DNA from: a virus
Taxonomy: Duplodnaviria > Caudoviricetes
IMG/VR virus record: IMGVR_UViG_3300020045_002987
Coordinates: 1-32,387 of that record
Strand: one strand, 5' to 3'
DNA length: 32,387 bases
Both the position numbers and the translations under genes were made by a program. The stretch's first letter is position 1. Each line of letters begins with the position of its first letter. Of this stretch, positions 17,436 to 25,165 are shown one piece after another. The notes below the pieces were generated by a model. It did not search any database, had not been told where the DNA came from, and saw only the letters and a program-made list of their open reading frames with translations.

Positions 17436-17830
17436 ATACTTATACGATCTACAGGATAGACACCGGTTCTATCCGGTGTGTTTGCACGGGTTCTTTAACT
17501 AGCGTGCAACTCCAGATATTGGACGGGGAGGCACTAAAAGACGGGCGGCCGCCTTCTGGGTGCGAGTCCGTTTCAGATAAAGGTGAATGGGAAATTTCTA
17601 GATCATCAGATGGTAAATGTATCCAACAGATTGCGTCGGAGGCAAGGGCAACGCGAGATGCCCTGCTAGCTTCCTGCGACTGGACACAATTGCCGGATGC
17701 TGATCTTTCAGAAAATGAGGTAGAAGATTGGAGAGTTTACCGACAACAACTAAGAAACGTCACTAGTCTGTATGGTTTTCCGTCTAAGTTTGATTGGCCC
17801 ACAGCCCCTCTTAAGGGCGTTGCCCCTTAG
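17432..17830 (+). CDS. Tail fibre assembly chaperone-like protein
   Basis: RDALLASCDWTQLPDA...WRVYRQQLRNVT...GFP....WPTAP. Confidence 0.85.
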   Translation: MNTYTIYRIDTGSIRCVCTGSLTSVQLQILDGEALKDGRPPSGCESVSDKGEWEISRSSDGKCIQQIASEARATRDALLASCDWTQLPDADLSENEVEDWRVYRQQLRNVTSLYGFPSKFDWPTAPLKGVAP

Positions 17831-17979
17831 CTGATTAAGCACTAACTTCTTACAGACACCGCAGGCAAACCCTGCTAGAACTAACAGGTGGCAGCGCATG
17901 CGAAAGCATGTGTAAAAGGTGATAATCCCGTGAACAATTCATGGGAGTGCGTGTGGCGAAACAAACCGGAGCGGTAGAC

Positions 17980-18294
17980 ATGACAAGCCGGGCTACAGAT
18001 GTCCAAGAGTTAAAGCCGACGCGCGTTGTCAGCTTGATGACGGTTATCAGCGTTGCAACTCCATTCCTGCTGGGTGGCGCAGGTGTTGTTTGGTCAATCC
18101 TCAGTGGGCAGATTGCACGCGACGCCGCCAGGGTTGAAACTGACAAGCAGGTGGTAGAGAAGCTGGCCGACCTGAAGACAAACATTCAAGTTCTAGGGGA
18201 AAGAATGCAGCTCAAGTCAGACCAAGATGCCGAACAGAGTGCAGCGATTAAGGACCTAGACCGGCGTGTGACGCGCATGGAATCTCGCCCATGA
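17980..18294 (+). CDS. Single-TM coiled-coil membrane protein (holin/antiholin candidate)
   Basis: GGAG RBS before ATG 17980; one hydrophobic segment then a coiled coil; first gene of the lysis cluster. Confidence 0.6.
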   Translation: MTSRATDVQELKPTRVVSLMTVISVATPFLLGGAGVVWSILSGQIARDAARVETDKQVVEKLADLKTNIQVLGERMQLKSDQDAEQSAAIKDLDRRVTRMESRP

Positions 18295-18536
18295 AACAAA
18301 CACGCCTAGTCACCACGTGGCGCAAGAGCTTCAAGTTTTGGACGAACCGCCTTGCAGCATTTGGCGCGACCGCTGTAGCACTCTGGCCCACGTTGCCCGC
18401 AGATACCCAGCAAACCATTCTTGAATTCTTTGGCATCAAGTATCCAGGCGCGCTGGCAGTGGTCGGGTTCCTTGCGATCATCGTTGCGCGCAACATCAAG
18501 CAAAAGCCAACCACACCCGAGGAGCCCACGCCATGA
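18291..18536 (+). CDS. Probable holin (two TM segments)
   Basis: LVTTWRKSFKFWT.., two hydrophobic helices, ARNIKQK tail. Confidence 0.7.
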   Translation: MKQTRLVTTWRKSFKFWTNRLAAFGATAVALWPTLPADTQQTILEFFGIKYPGALAVVGFLAIIVARNIKQKPTTPEEPTP

Positions 18537-18931
18537 AAGACAAAGTCACCGCTGCAATCGCCGTCGCTGCTGCAATCATGTTCGGGGCCATGGCCTGCGT
18601 CATGTACCTGCCCGGCGAGGCTCGCGCACAGACCCTCGATCCGGCGCCAGCGTGCAGCCCATTCGCAGGCGGCCAAGGGGTTTACATCGCGCAGCTCGGC
18701 AACGTGTACGCCGCTACGTGGTGGTGCCAGGTCAACGGCAAGTGGCTGGAGCAACGTGCTGCCGCTGTTCTGCCGGATGGGACCGATGCCAAGCAGCGGG
18801 CGATCGAGGCCATCAACGCGAGCAACATGGACGCGCTGGTCTCTGCCCGCACTGTGCCACTGTCTGATCCACGGTTCGCCCCGGTGTTCGCATCCATGGC
18901 GAAGGCCACTGCGGCCAACAAACCAAAATGA
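18533..18931 (+). CDS. Exported hypothetical protein in the lysis cassette
   Basis: Ala-rich signal-like N-terminus with ARA-Q cleavage motif; two Cys in the mature part. Confidence 0.6.
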   Translation: MKDKVTAAIAVAAAIMFGAMACVMYLPGEARAQTLDPAPACSPFAGGQGVYIAQLGNVYAATWWCQVNGKWLEQRAAAVLPDGTDAKQRAIEAINASNMDALVSARTVPLSDPRFAPVFASMAKATAANKPK

Positions 18932-19146
18932 AGCCGGCCCGCGCGGTGCAGCGTGGGGCAGAGGCGGCCAATGATGAGCGACCGACGTTTACAGAAAGGC
19001 TCATCTGGCGCGGAGTGGGGCAGAAAGAATACGGTGTTCTTTGGGCTGGCCTTGGGGCTTCCATTGAAGACATTCGACAGCTAGCGGCTATTCAGTCGGC
19101 CAGGGCGCTTGCCCTTTGCGATGAACTTGGAGTGCGTAAGCCATGA
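18928..19146 (+). CDS. Hypothetical protein
   Basis: ATGA overlaps on both sides. Confidence 0.6.
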   Translation: MKPARAVQRGAEAANDERPTFTERLIWRGVGQKEYGVLWAGLGASIEDIRQLAAIQSARALALCDELGVRKP

Positions 19147-19628
19147 ACTTCGACCGAGCATTTGAAGTCTTGATCGGCCATGAGGGCGGTTACCTTTCTC
19201 CCGAATCAGCACGCCGACAAGGTGACCCAGGGGGAGAGACAAAGTTCGGCATCTCCAAAGCCGCCTACCCTGGCGAAGACATCGCAAACATGACCATCGA
19301 GCGGGCGAAGTCGCTTTACCGTCGCGACTACTGGGGCCCGGCGGGCTGCGATGCAGTACCCGAGGCAATCAAGTTCGATCTGTTCGACATGGCGGTGAAC
19401 TCTGGTGTGCGAGCGGCAGTCAAAGCCCTCCAGAAGGCCGCAGGCGAGACTGATGACGGTGTGCTTGGCCCGCTGACATTGCAGGCCGTCCAATCGGTCC
19501 CAGCCGACCGCCTGCGTCTTCGGTTCAGCGCAGCCCGTCGCCTGCTGTGGGCATCTCTTTCAACGTGGCCGACCTTTGGGCGCGGCTGGACCAAGCGGCA
19601 GGCGCAGAATGATCTGATGGATCAATGA
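19143..19628 (+). CDS. Endolysin, glycoside hydrolase family 108
   Basis: HEGGY...DPGGETKFGIS, YRRDYW, LFDMAVNSG, DG.LGPLT, FGRGWTKR. Confidence 0.93.
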   Translation: MNFDRAFEVLIGHEGGYLSPESARRQGDPGGETKFGISKAAYPGEDIANMTIERAKSLYRRDYWGPAGCDAVPEAIKFDLFDMAVNSGVRAAVKALQKAAGETDDGVLGPLTLQAVQSVPADRLRLRFSAARRLLWASLSTWPTFGRGWTKRQAQNDLMDQ

Positions 19629-19672
19629 TGTACCCGCCGCCCGAACTCGAAACCTACACAAAGGAAACCGTC

Positions 19673-19828
19673 ATGGAATCTCTGAACCTCTTGGGCCTAG
19701 CCCTGGCTTTCCTCGTTGGGCTGTTTGTGGGCTGGTGGTCGTATCGCTACACCCTCAAGCGCGACCCGGCAAAGCTGGAAGAACTGGCGAAGAAGATCAA
19801 CGCCCAGACCGATAAGGTTGGCAAGTGA
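19673..19828 (+). CDS. Small single-TM membrane protein
   Basis: AAGGA RBS before ATG 19673; LLGLALAFLVGLFVGWW. Confidence 0.65.
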   Translation: MESLNLLGLALAFLVGLFVGWWSYRYTLKRDPAKLEELAKKINAQTDKVGK

Positions 19829-20331
19829 CGCCTAAGCTGTGGCTGTACGCGGGCGGTGTGGCGCTGGTGGGAGGCGTCATCATCGCCCAGCAGTTGCGGA
19901 TCTCTGCGCTGAAGCTGACCGTGGCGCAGCAAGAGACACAAGCCGCAGAGATTCAGGCCGCCGCAGAGTCAGCGGCCAGGGCGGCCTATCAAGGCCAGGT
20001 CATCGAGGCTACACGCCGTGCCGAAGCAACACAGGGGATTCTGAATGCTGAACTCACCAAGCGTCAGGCGTTGGAAGCTGACTTGTCTTCTGCCCGTGCT
20101 GCTGGTGTCAGCCTGCGCAACGCAGCCCGCACAGCCGCCCGTCGTTGTGCAGCCACTGCCAGTGCCGCCGATGCCGCTGGCAGCGCGCCAACCGGCGACC
20201 CCGGCGTGGTGTTCGCCGACGTGCTCGGAGGGCTTGAGGCGCGAGCTACAGCGCTTGCAGAACTTGCTGATCGGCGAGGGCTCGCCGGAGCAACCTGCGA
20301 AGCCGAACGGGACGCCCTGACAACCCGCTAG
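19825..20331 (+). CDS. Rz: Inner-membrane spanin (Rz-like)
   Basis: N-terminal TM, long Ala-rich coiled coil, C-terminal LAELAD...AGATCE. Confidence 0.85.
   Translation: MTPKLWLYAGGVALVGGVIIAQQLRISALKLTVAQQETQAAEIQAAAESAARAAYQGQVIEATRRAEATQGILNAELTKRQALEADLSSARAAGVSLRNAARTAARRCAATASAADAAGSAPTGDPGVVFADVLGGLEARATALAELADRRGLAGATCEAERDALTTR
20045..20320 (+). CDS. Rz1: Outer-membrane lipoprotein spanin (Rz1-like), nested in the +1 frame of Rz
   Basis: Signal LLPVLLVSA-C lipobox, Pro-rich mature region, fully inside Rz. Confidence 0.85.
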   Translation: MLNSPSVRRWKLTCLLPVLLVSACATQPAQPPVVVQPLPVPPMPLAARQPATPAWCSPTCSEGLRRELQRLQNLLIGEGSPEQPAKPNGTP

Positions 20332-20540
20332 AGCCTCGCCTCTTTTTCTCGATCCCTTTCATGCAACGGCGCCCAGCCGATGAAGAACGGGTCGCCCCAT
20401 GTGCCGGTGACTGCCACGCCCCCACGCGTCAGCAGATGGACCTTGGAGCCACCTGGCGGTAGCGGGTCACCGGCCCCGGGATAGAAGTACGAACCTCCCC
20501 CGGTGACGTAGCCTTTCTCTGTTGGGTTCGGTGTCATCAT
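20328..20540 (-). CDS. Hypothetical protein (DUF551-like)
   Basis: PP.GSKVHLL...G.W....IGWAPL; ATGA coupled to the upstream gene. Confidence 0.6.
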   Translation of the reverse strand: MMTPNPTEKGYVTGGGSYFYPGAGDPLPPGGSKVHLLTRGGVAVTGTWGDPFFIGWAPLHERDREKEARL

Positions 20541-20761
20541 GGCCGTCGAATCTGGCAACCCGGGTGCGCCGCCCGGTACTTCTCGCGCGCAAGTTCCTTC
20601 AGCTTCTCCGCGTACACCGGATCAGCCATCTTCTCGACCTGATACCGCCGAACGCTTTTGATCTTGCACGCCTTGCAAGACGCCTCGCGGCCACCGGCTG
20701 GCAGGTAGTAGAACTCACTGCGTTCCTTATCGGCTTTGCAGGTGCGGCATGTCTTCATCAT
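20537..20761 (-). CDS. Small zinc-finger protein
   Basis: KTCRTCK.DK..SEFY...SCKAC. Confidence 0.7.
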   Translation of the reverse strand: MMKTCRTCKADKERSEFYYLPAGGREASCKACKIKSVRRYQVEKMADPVYAEKLKELAREKYRAAHPGCQIRRP

Positions 20762-20985
20762 TCTTTGTGATCCTCAAGCGGCCTTTTGCATTGTGGGCAG
20801 CATGTAAGCTTTTCTTCGGTTTGGTGCTCAACAAAGGCAACCCACCCATGGTGAATGTTGTTGGTCAGGTAGGCCTTCTGGCGCCATACCCAGCCAACGA
20901 AGTTGTTGCTTTCACCTTGCTTCACAGCCAGCCTGCGGGGCCGCCACCATGGCACGTATTCGACTTTCCACCGTGGTTCGCTCAT
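20758..20985 (-). CDS. Hypothetical protein
   Basis: 4-nt overlaps on both sides; C-terminal CPQC. Confidence 0.65.
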   Translation of the reverse strand: MSEPRWKVEYVPWWRPRRLAVKQGESNNFVGWVWRQKAYLTNNIHHGWVAFVEHQTEEKLTCCPQCKRPLEDHKE

Positions 20986-21146
20986 CCCCTGAACTCCTTC
21001 GCCATCGTGGCGGCCTCATCAATCCCCTGATACTCATCCTCCGGCACGTCAGCCGCGTCAAGGTCATCATCCCGCGCTTCCTGCCATGAGTGGTCTCGTT
21101 CGTCAGCGTGGCGGCGCTGGGCGCGGATGTCTCTGCTTCTGGTCAT
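20982..21146 (-). CDS. Small acidic hypothetical protein (54 aa)
   Basis: TGATG coupling at 21146 with GGAGG RBS. Confidence 0.6.
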   Translation of the reverse strand: MTRSRDIRAQRRHADERDHSWQEARDDDLDAADVPEDEYQGIDEAATMAKEFRG

Positions 21147-21649
21147 CACTCGCCCTCCGTGGTGTTGATGCCGGCCGGTGGGGCGGGAAGGGGGCGCCAG
21201 TGGGTGACCGTTACGCCTACCATCGCGACGGAGGCGTAGTCGTCCCAGTGGTCGAGGCACTCGTACCAGCATGCCGGCGTCCAGTTGGTGTCGGTCGCCT
21301 CGTCATACTCGAAGTTGTCCGACTCGCTGTCGGCTTCCTCGAACTTGGCCGGAATCCAATGCGCCCGGTTGACCCGCTGACGTGTCAGTGTGTGGTGGGT
21401 CGTGTACGCGACAAGAACTGGTCGGCCCGGTTTCGGCATCTGCGCGTCAACGCTGATCCACCCTGCCTCGGGCGCTGGTGGCGCGGCTTCGATCAGGCAG
21501 TCCCAGGCTTGTTCGATGGAGCAGCCCTTCCCGTCATAGTTCCCGGCGGCCATCTGGTCATCAAGCTTGTTGACGGCCGCCCACATGGTTTCGTCTGGCA
21601 CCCTCGGCACCATCACCCACTCGGTGGAGGCGTTCGTGGTGTTGGTCAT
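21146..21649 (-). CDS. DUF551-domain protein
   Basis: WVMVPRVP...M, GWISVDAQMP..G.PVLV, VTHWRPLPAPP. Confidence 0.75.
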   Translation of the reverse strand: MTNTTNASTEWVMVPRVPDETMWAAVNKLDDQMAAGNYDGKGCSIEQAWDCLIEAAPPAPEAGWISVDAQMPKPGRPVLVAYTTHHTLTRQRVNRAHWIPAKFEEADSESDNFEYDEATDTNWTPACWYECLDHWDDYASVAMVGVTVTHWRPLPAPPAGINTTEGE

Positions 21650-22608
21650 TTGGTCCCCTTCGTGGTGTCGTTGGCTTGCAGGGCGCGCAGGCCGGCGAGT
21701 GCGCGCGCAAAGTCGTCTGTGTGGTGCTTCAGCTCGTAGTGAGCCATGGCCAACGACATCGCATGTGCGGCGGCGTCGATCCGTTTGCGCACAGGCGTCG
21801 GCAACCGGGCTTCGGTCACGGGGTCGGCTGGTTCGCCACGCATTTCATCAACCCAAGCCGAAGCATCTGGAACGCCTTTCCAAGCTTCACGGCCGGCCGC
21901 TGTCATGCGCTGGATGGCAGATTCGTCCACGGCCCGTTCGGCCGGCTCTGCTGGTGCGGTGGGGCGGGTGTAGAGGGCGCGCACATCGTTCGGGTGATCG
22001 CCGCGCGACTCCTGTTCGTAGTAGTCCCGAGTGCAATGCTCCCATTCGACAAAGTCTTCACTCGGCATCGCTCCCGAGCGGCTTTGCCACGCCACCGGCT
22101 CCACGTCCTGCGTGCCGGGTGCTTTCGGCGCGGCGGCGATGGTCACCGAGGTGCGCAGCGCCTTGTGCATCACTTGCTGTTCTTCACAGGTCAACGCAGC
22201 AGCCGGGGCGGACTGCGCTTGGGTGGCGAACCAATCCGGTGTTGCGAAGTGGCTGATGACGTCGCCAGCATCCCGAACGTGATCGGGGCCGTGCATGAGT
22301 CGTTCGCGCAGGTAACCGAGACCGTTGCCCACGTAGTAGCTGACCGGCATGCTGATGCCGCGCTGCGTATCGACATCGAACTTAACCTGCATCTGGATGG
22401 CGATCAGGTCACAGACGGTGTCCAACGTCGCACGGTCCGCCCGATCTGGCGCCGCAGCGGATGAGGCGAGGGCGGTTTCCACAGATCCCAAAAGCGCGCC
22501 GAAGTCGATGCCGAAGCTAACGCGTTCGTACTGGTCAATGATGCGCTCGCACGCTGCCTTGCACGCCGTCAGCGCCTCGCGCATTGCCTTGTCGGTGGTG
22601 TTGGTCAT
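21646..22608 (-). CDS. Mosaic hypothetical protein (Ea22/ead-like segments)
   Basis: EPVAWQ and VRALYT.P motifs; coupled to neighbours; GGAG RBS. Confidence 0.65.
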   Translation of the reverse strand: MTNTTDKAMREALTACKAACERIIDQYERVSFGIDFGALLGSVETALASSAAAPDRADRATLDTVCDLIAIQMQVKFDVDTQRGISMPVSYYVGNGLGYLRERLMHGPDHVRDAGDVISHFATPDWFATQAQSAPAAALTCEEQQVMHKALRTSVTIAAAPKAPGTQDVEPVAWQSRSGAMPSEDFVEWEHCTRDYYEQESRGDHPNDVRALYTRPTAPAEPAERAVDESAIQRMTAAGREAWKGVPDASAWVDEMRGEPADPVTEARLPTPVRKRIDAAAHAMSLAMAHYELKHHTDDFARALAGLRALQANDTTKGTK

Positions 22609-22901
22609 GCCTTGCTCCGTTCGTTGTCGATTGCTTCTCGAAGGGTCTTGCAGTCAAATTCGCCGCCGTGGTCACGCTGCCATGGGCCCATTGCCATGGC
22701 AGGCACGTTGATCGAGAAGAATGCCGAGTAACCGCCGTCCCGAGACTCGCGGTACTTACGCTTTTCTAGCCAATCCATATCAGCCCGCAACGCATCCCGC
22801 TCGGCCGTGAGGGCGGCGATTTGGGTGTCGGCTTCGGCGGCTATGGCCCAAATTCCATCCCAGCGCCAAGATGCCTTGATTCGCTCGCTGAAAGTCTTCA
22901 T
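22605..22901 (-). CDS. Hypothetical protein
   Basis: ATGA overlaps; AERDALRAD.DWLE...TLREAID pattern common in phage early genes. Confidence 0.7.
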   Translation of the reverse strand: MKTFSERIKASWRWDGIWAIAAEADTQIAALTAERDALRADMDWLEKRKYRESRDGGYSAFFSINVPAMAMGPWQRDHGGEFDCKTLREAIDNERSKA

Positions 22902-23302
22902 TGCGCACCCCCGATGGCCGGAGGTTGCGGGAGGGGCATCCAGTGGGTCGGCTCTCGATGCCCGTTAAGCAGCTCCTGCGTGACCGAACCGCGCGTGTAA
23001 CTCCACCATCCGACATCAGCCTCCGTGAATCCGAGGCTGTCATTTGCATCGCGCCACCAAGCAATGTGCGCGACCAACACTGAACCCGCGTCGTAGCACA
23101 CAAGAACGTCCGTCCCGTCCTTCGGCGCCGTGCTGATGTCACGCCACCCATCCGGCGCCTGCCTGTAGGCTTCAAGGGCGGCGCGGGCTTGTGCGAGCCA
23201 CTGCTGTTCTTTCATCTCTTGAAGAAGAGACTCGGCCGGCTCATCGTGTGTACGAATCATCAGTTCCATCGCCTTCGCAAGCGCCTCTGCGTGGTTGGTC
23301 AT
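22898..23302 (-). CDS. DUF551-like protein
   Basis: GWRDISTAPKDGTDVLV...PTHWMPLPQPP. Confidence 0.75.
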   Translation of the reverse strand: MTNHAEALAKAMELMIRTHDEPAESLLQEMKEQQWLAQARAALEAYRQAPDGWRDISTAPKDGTDVLVCYDAGSVLVAHIAWWRDANDSLGFTEADVGWWSYTRGSVTQELLNGHREPTHWMPLPQPPAIGGAQ

Positions 23303-23619
23303 TTCCCCACCCCATTCGTGCGGGCCAGGGTGAGGGCTGCGTCACGCAGCCCAACGAACTTGCATTGACTGCAGCGGCACGGGCCATCGCTACCGACCTG
23401 CGAGTGAAGGCCGTGCGGGCTCGCGTCCAACGCCTCCGCCAGCCGATCAAGCAGGGCTTCGCGGGCGGTGAGTAGGGTGCGGAGGGCTTCGAGTTTGTTG
23501 TCTCGCCTCTCAACATCCCGGCGATAGAGGTTCGGGTAATCCCATGCTGCGCCTCCGCCCCAAGCCGCATCACATGCGCCATCGGCCAGCGCCATCGCCT
23601 CATCAACGAATTTGCTCAT
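23299..23619 (-). CDS. Hypothetical protein
   Basis: GGAGG RBS before ATG 23619; H..CRCSQC cluster. Confidence 0.65.
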   Translation of the reverse strand: MSKFVDEAMALADGACDAAWGGGAAWDYPNLYRRDVERRDNKLEALRTLLTAREALLDRLAEALDASPHGLHSQVGSDGPCRCSQCKFVGLRDAALTLARTNGVGK

Positions 23620-23759
23620 GGCTTGACCTCCCGCAGCTTGCGCAGCTTGTCTAGGAATGCCTTGATCGCTGCCCACTCATCGGGAAGAACCCAAATGAGC
23701 TTCTGCGTCAGGCCCGCTTTTCGTTGGCGTTCCCGCCAGGATTGGTTAGGTGTTTGCAT
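23616..23759 (-). CDS. 47-aa ribbon-helix-type DNA-binding candidate (not in ORF track)
   Basis: MQTPNQSWRERQRKAGLTQKLIWVLPDEWAAIKAFLDKLRKLREVKP; ATGA coupled to the next gene. Confidence 0.65.
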   Translation of the reverse strand: MQTPNQSWRERQRKAGLTQKLIWVLPDEWAAIKAFLDKLRKLREVKP

Positions 23760-23765
23760 GCGTTT

Positions 23766-23795
23766 ATCTTAGGCTAGCGCATGCATCAAACGCAA
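23766..23795 (-). promoter_or_regulatory. Putative sigma70 promoter, possibly giving a leaderless transcript
   Basis: Minus strand reads TTGCGT-18 nt-TAAGAT-AAACGC-ATG. Confidence 0.5.
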
Positions 23796-23813
23796 GCGCG
23801 GTTACAACATTTC

Positions 23814-24101
23814 TTAGAATGGGATGCCAGAGCTGATCCACTCCGGGCACTCGCCCACCTGCTTCTGAAACGACACCGGCACATCCGACCCGTGCAACTC
23901 GCATCGGTCCATGTTGAAGTGCGCGCAGTGGCCGCAGCTAGGCTTGATGCAATCGAACCTCGCAAGGGCCTGTACCAACTCAGAGCGTCGGGCGTTGTAC
24001 TGCGTGAGCGTCATCCCGTTTTCGGTGTCAGGCTTCCACAGAAGGCGGTACTGCTCCATTGATTTATCAATCTCTTCCTTGGTGGGCTTGTTCTTGCTCA
24101 T
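23814..24101 (-). CDS. Cys-rich small protein ending in ..GIPF
   Basis: SCGHCAHF...C...CPEW; overlaps the end of the exonuclease gene. Confidence 0.7.
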   Translation of the reverse strand: MSKNKPTKEEIDKSMEQYRLLWKPDTENGMTLTQYNARRSELVQALARFDCIKPSCGHCAHFNMDRCELHGSDVPVSFQKQVGECPEWISSGIPF

Positions 24102-25165
24102 CCCGTGACCCTCGTTGTTGGTACCGCCTTGCGAATCTTCATCACGTCCGCGTCACCAAGAATCCGCTTGTCTTTCGCGTTGCGAATCTCTTGGCTCGTG
24201 AACCCTTCAGGCGGATCGCCGTTGATGAACTCGGCGCCGCCTTCCATCGCGTACTTCACGCCGTCGCCTACCATGTCTGTGGGTTCGGCGAACTTCTCCA
24301 AGAGGATTGGGATGTAGAGGTGTTGACCGCAGGGGGCCGCGCCCAAGATGTCGTGCTTGTGTTTGCCGCACGTCCAGCGCCCGTCGCCGTCCATCTCTGG
24401 CGTGCTGTGGCAGCACGTCCGGCAGTTCACCTGCGGCGCGTCCTGACCGTGGCAGATGCCTTTGTAGGCGCACCAGTTGCACAAGTAGAACTCGGGGTCC
24501 TCAGACAGCCGCAGTGGCGGCACTGTGGCGCGCACAACGCGCTCGGCCTTCTGCATGATCGAGGCGAAGGCGTTACCGTCGAATTCTGTGCGGACGCTGA
24601 TCGTGTCGCGGCCACCTGGCGTTGAAACAGTCAGGTAGTGCCTATCCATGCCAGTTAAGCCTTGGTAAGAAATGGCTTGCGCGAAATATGTTTCATCCCA
24701 TGCGGCCAATGCCTTCTTCTCACCCTTCTCTGCGATGAGCTTTTGCAGTTTTTTGAACTTTGCTTCGTTAACTTGCTTGTGTTCCCAGACATGCCACGTC
24801 TTCGGCGCCTCAACAATGCCTAGGATTGCGCCATCCATGTGCCCACGCACATGACCCCCCACAGCCTCAAAACCAAACTGCTTATTTGTCTCTGGGTTCA
24901 CGGTGTGGAGCGTCACGCCCTTGACCATCCGGAGTCGCGCGGCCATCACGTCTTCACCTGCAAAGCCATCTTGAATGGCCTTGATCGATGACGCAGGGAA
25001 CCTCTTCTTTTCAGCCATACGGAACGAATAGAACAAGTGGCGTTCGCAAGGGTGGCCGATCTGGCTAAGTCCAAGGTAGGGGCGCTGTGTGGTGTCTTGA
25101 GCGGCCTCGATAGCTTCATCGACAAGGCGAAGCGTGGTGTTTTCTGGCTTTGGAACTACCGCCAT
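24098..25165 (-). CDS. Cas4-like PD-(D/E)XK exonuclease with probable Fe-S cluster
   Basis: S.IGHPCER, GHMDG, WEHK, AQ..SY, CNWCAYKGIC plus extra CRTC..C..C..H. Confidence 0.85.
   Translation of the reverse strand: MAVVPKPENTTLRLVDEAIEAAQDTTQRPYLGLSQIGHPCERHLFYSFRMAEKKRFPASSIKAIQDGFAGEDVMAARLRMVKGVTLHTVNPETNKQFGFEAVGGHVRGHMDGAILGIVEAPKTWHVWEHKQVNEAKFKKLQKLIAEKGEKKALAAWDETYFAQAISYQGLTGMDRHYLTVSTPGGRDTISVRTEFDGNAFASIMQKAERVVRATVPPLRLSEDPEFYLCNWCAYKGICHGQDAPQVNCRTCCHSTPEMDGDGRWTCGKHKHDILGAAPCGQHLYIPILLEKFAEPTDMVGDGVKYAMEGGAEFINGDPPEGFTSQEIRNAKDKRILGDADVMKIRKAVPTTRVTG

Noticed and set aside
13200-17830. Diversity-generating retroelement acting on tail fibres
   Set aside because: No reverse transcriptase and no TR/VR repeat pair is visible in the window.
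17857-17915. c-di-GMP-I (GEMM) riboswitch or hammerhead ribozyme
   Set aside because: GGCAAACC and a GAAA hairpin are present, but the GACGCAAAGC segment and P1/P2 order are missing, and there is no CUGANGA core.
21086-22464. Long + strand ORFs opposite the early genes
   Set aside because: Antisense shadows; the minus strand has a continuous chain of overlap-coupled genes with RBSs.
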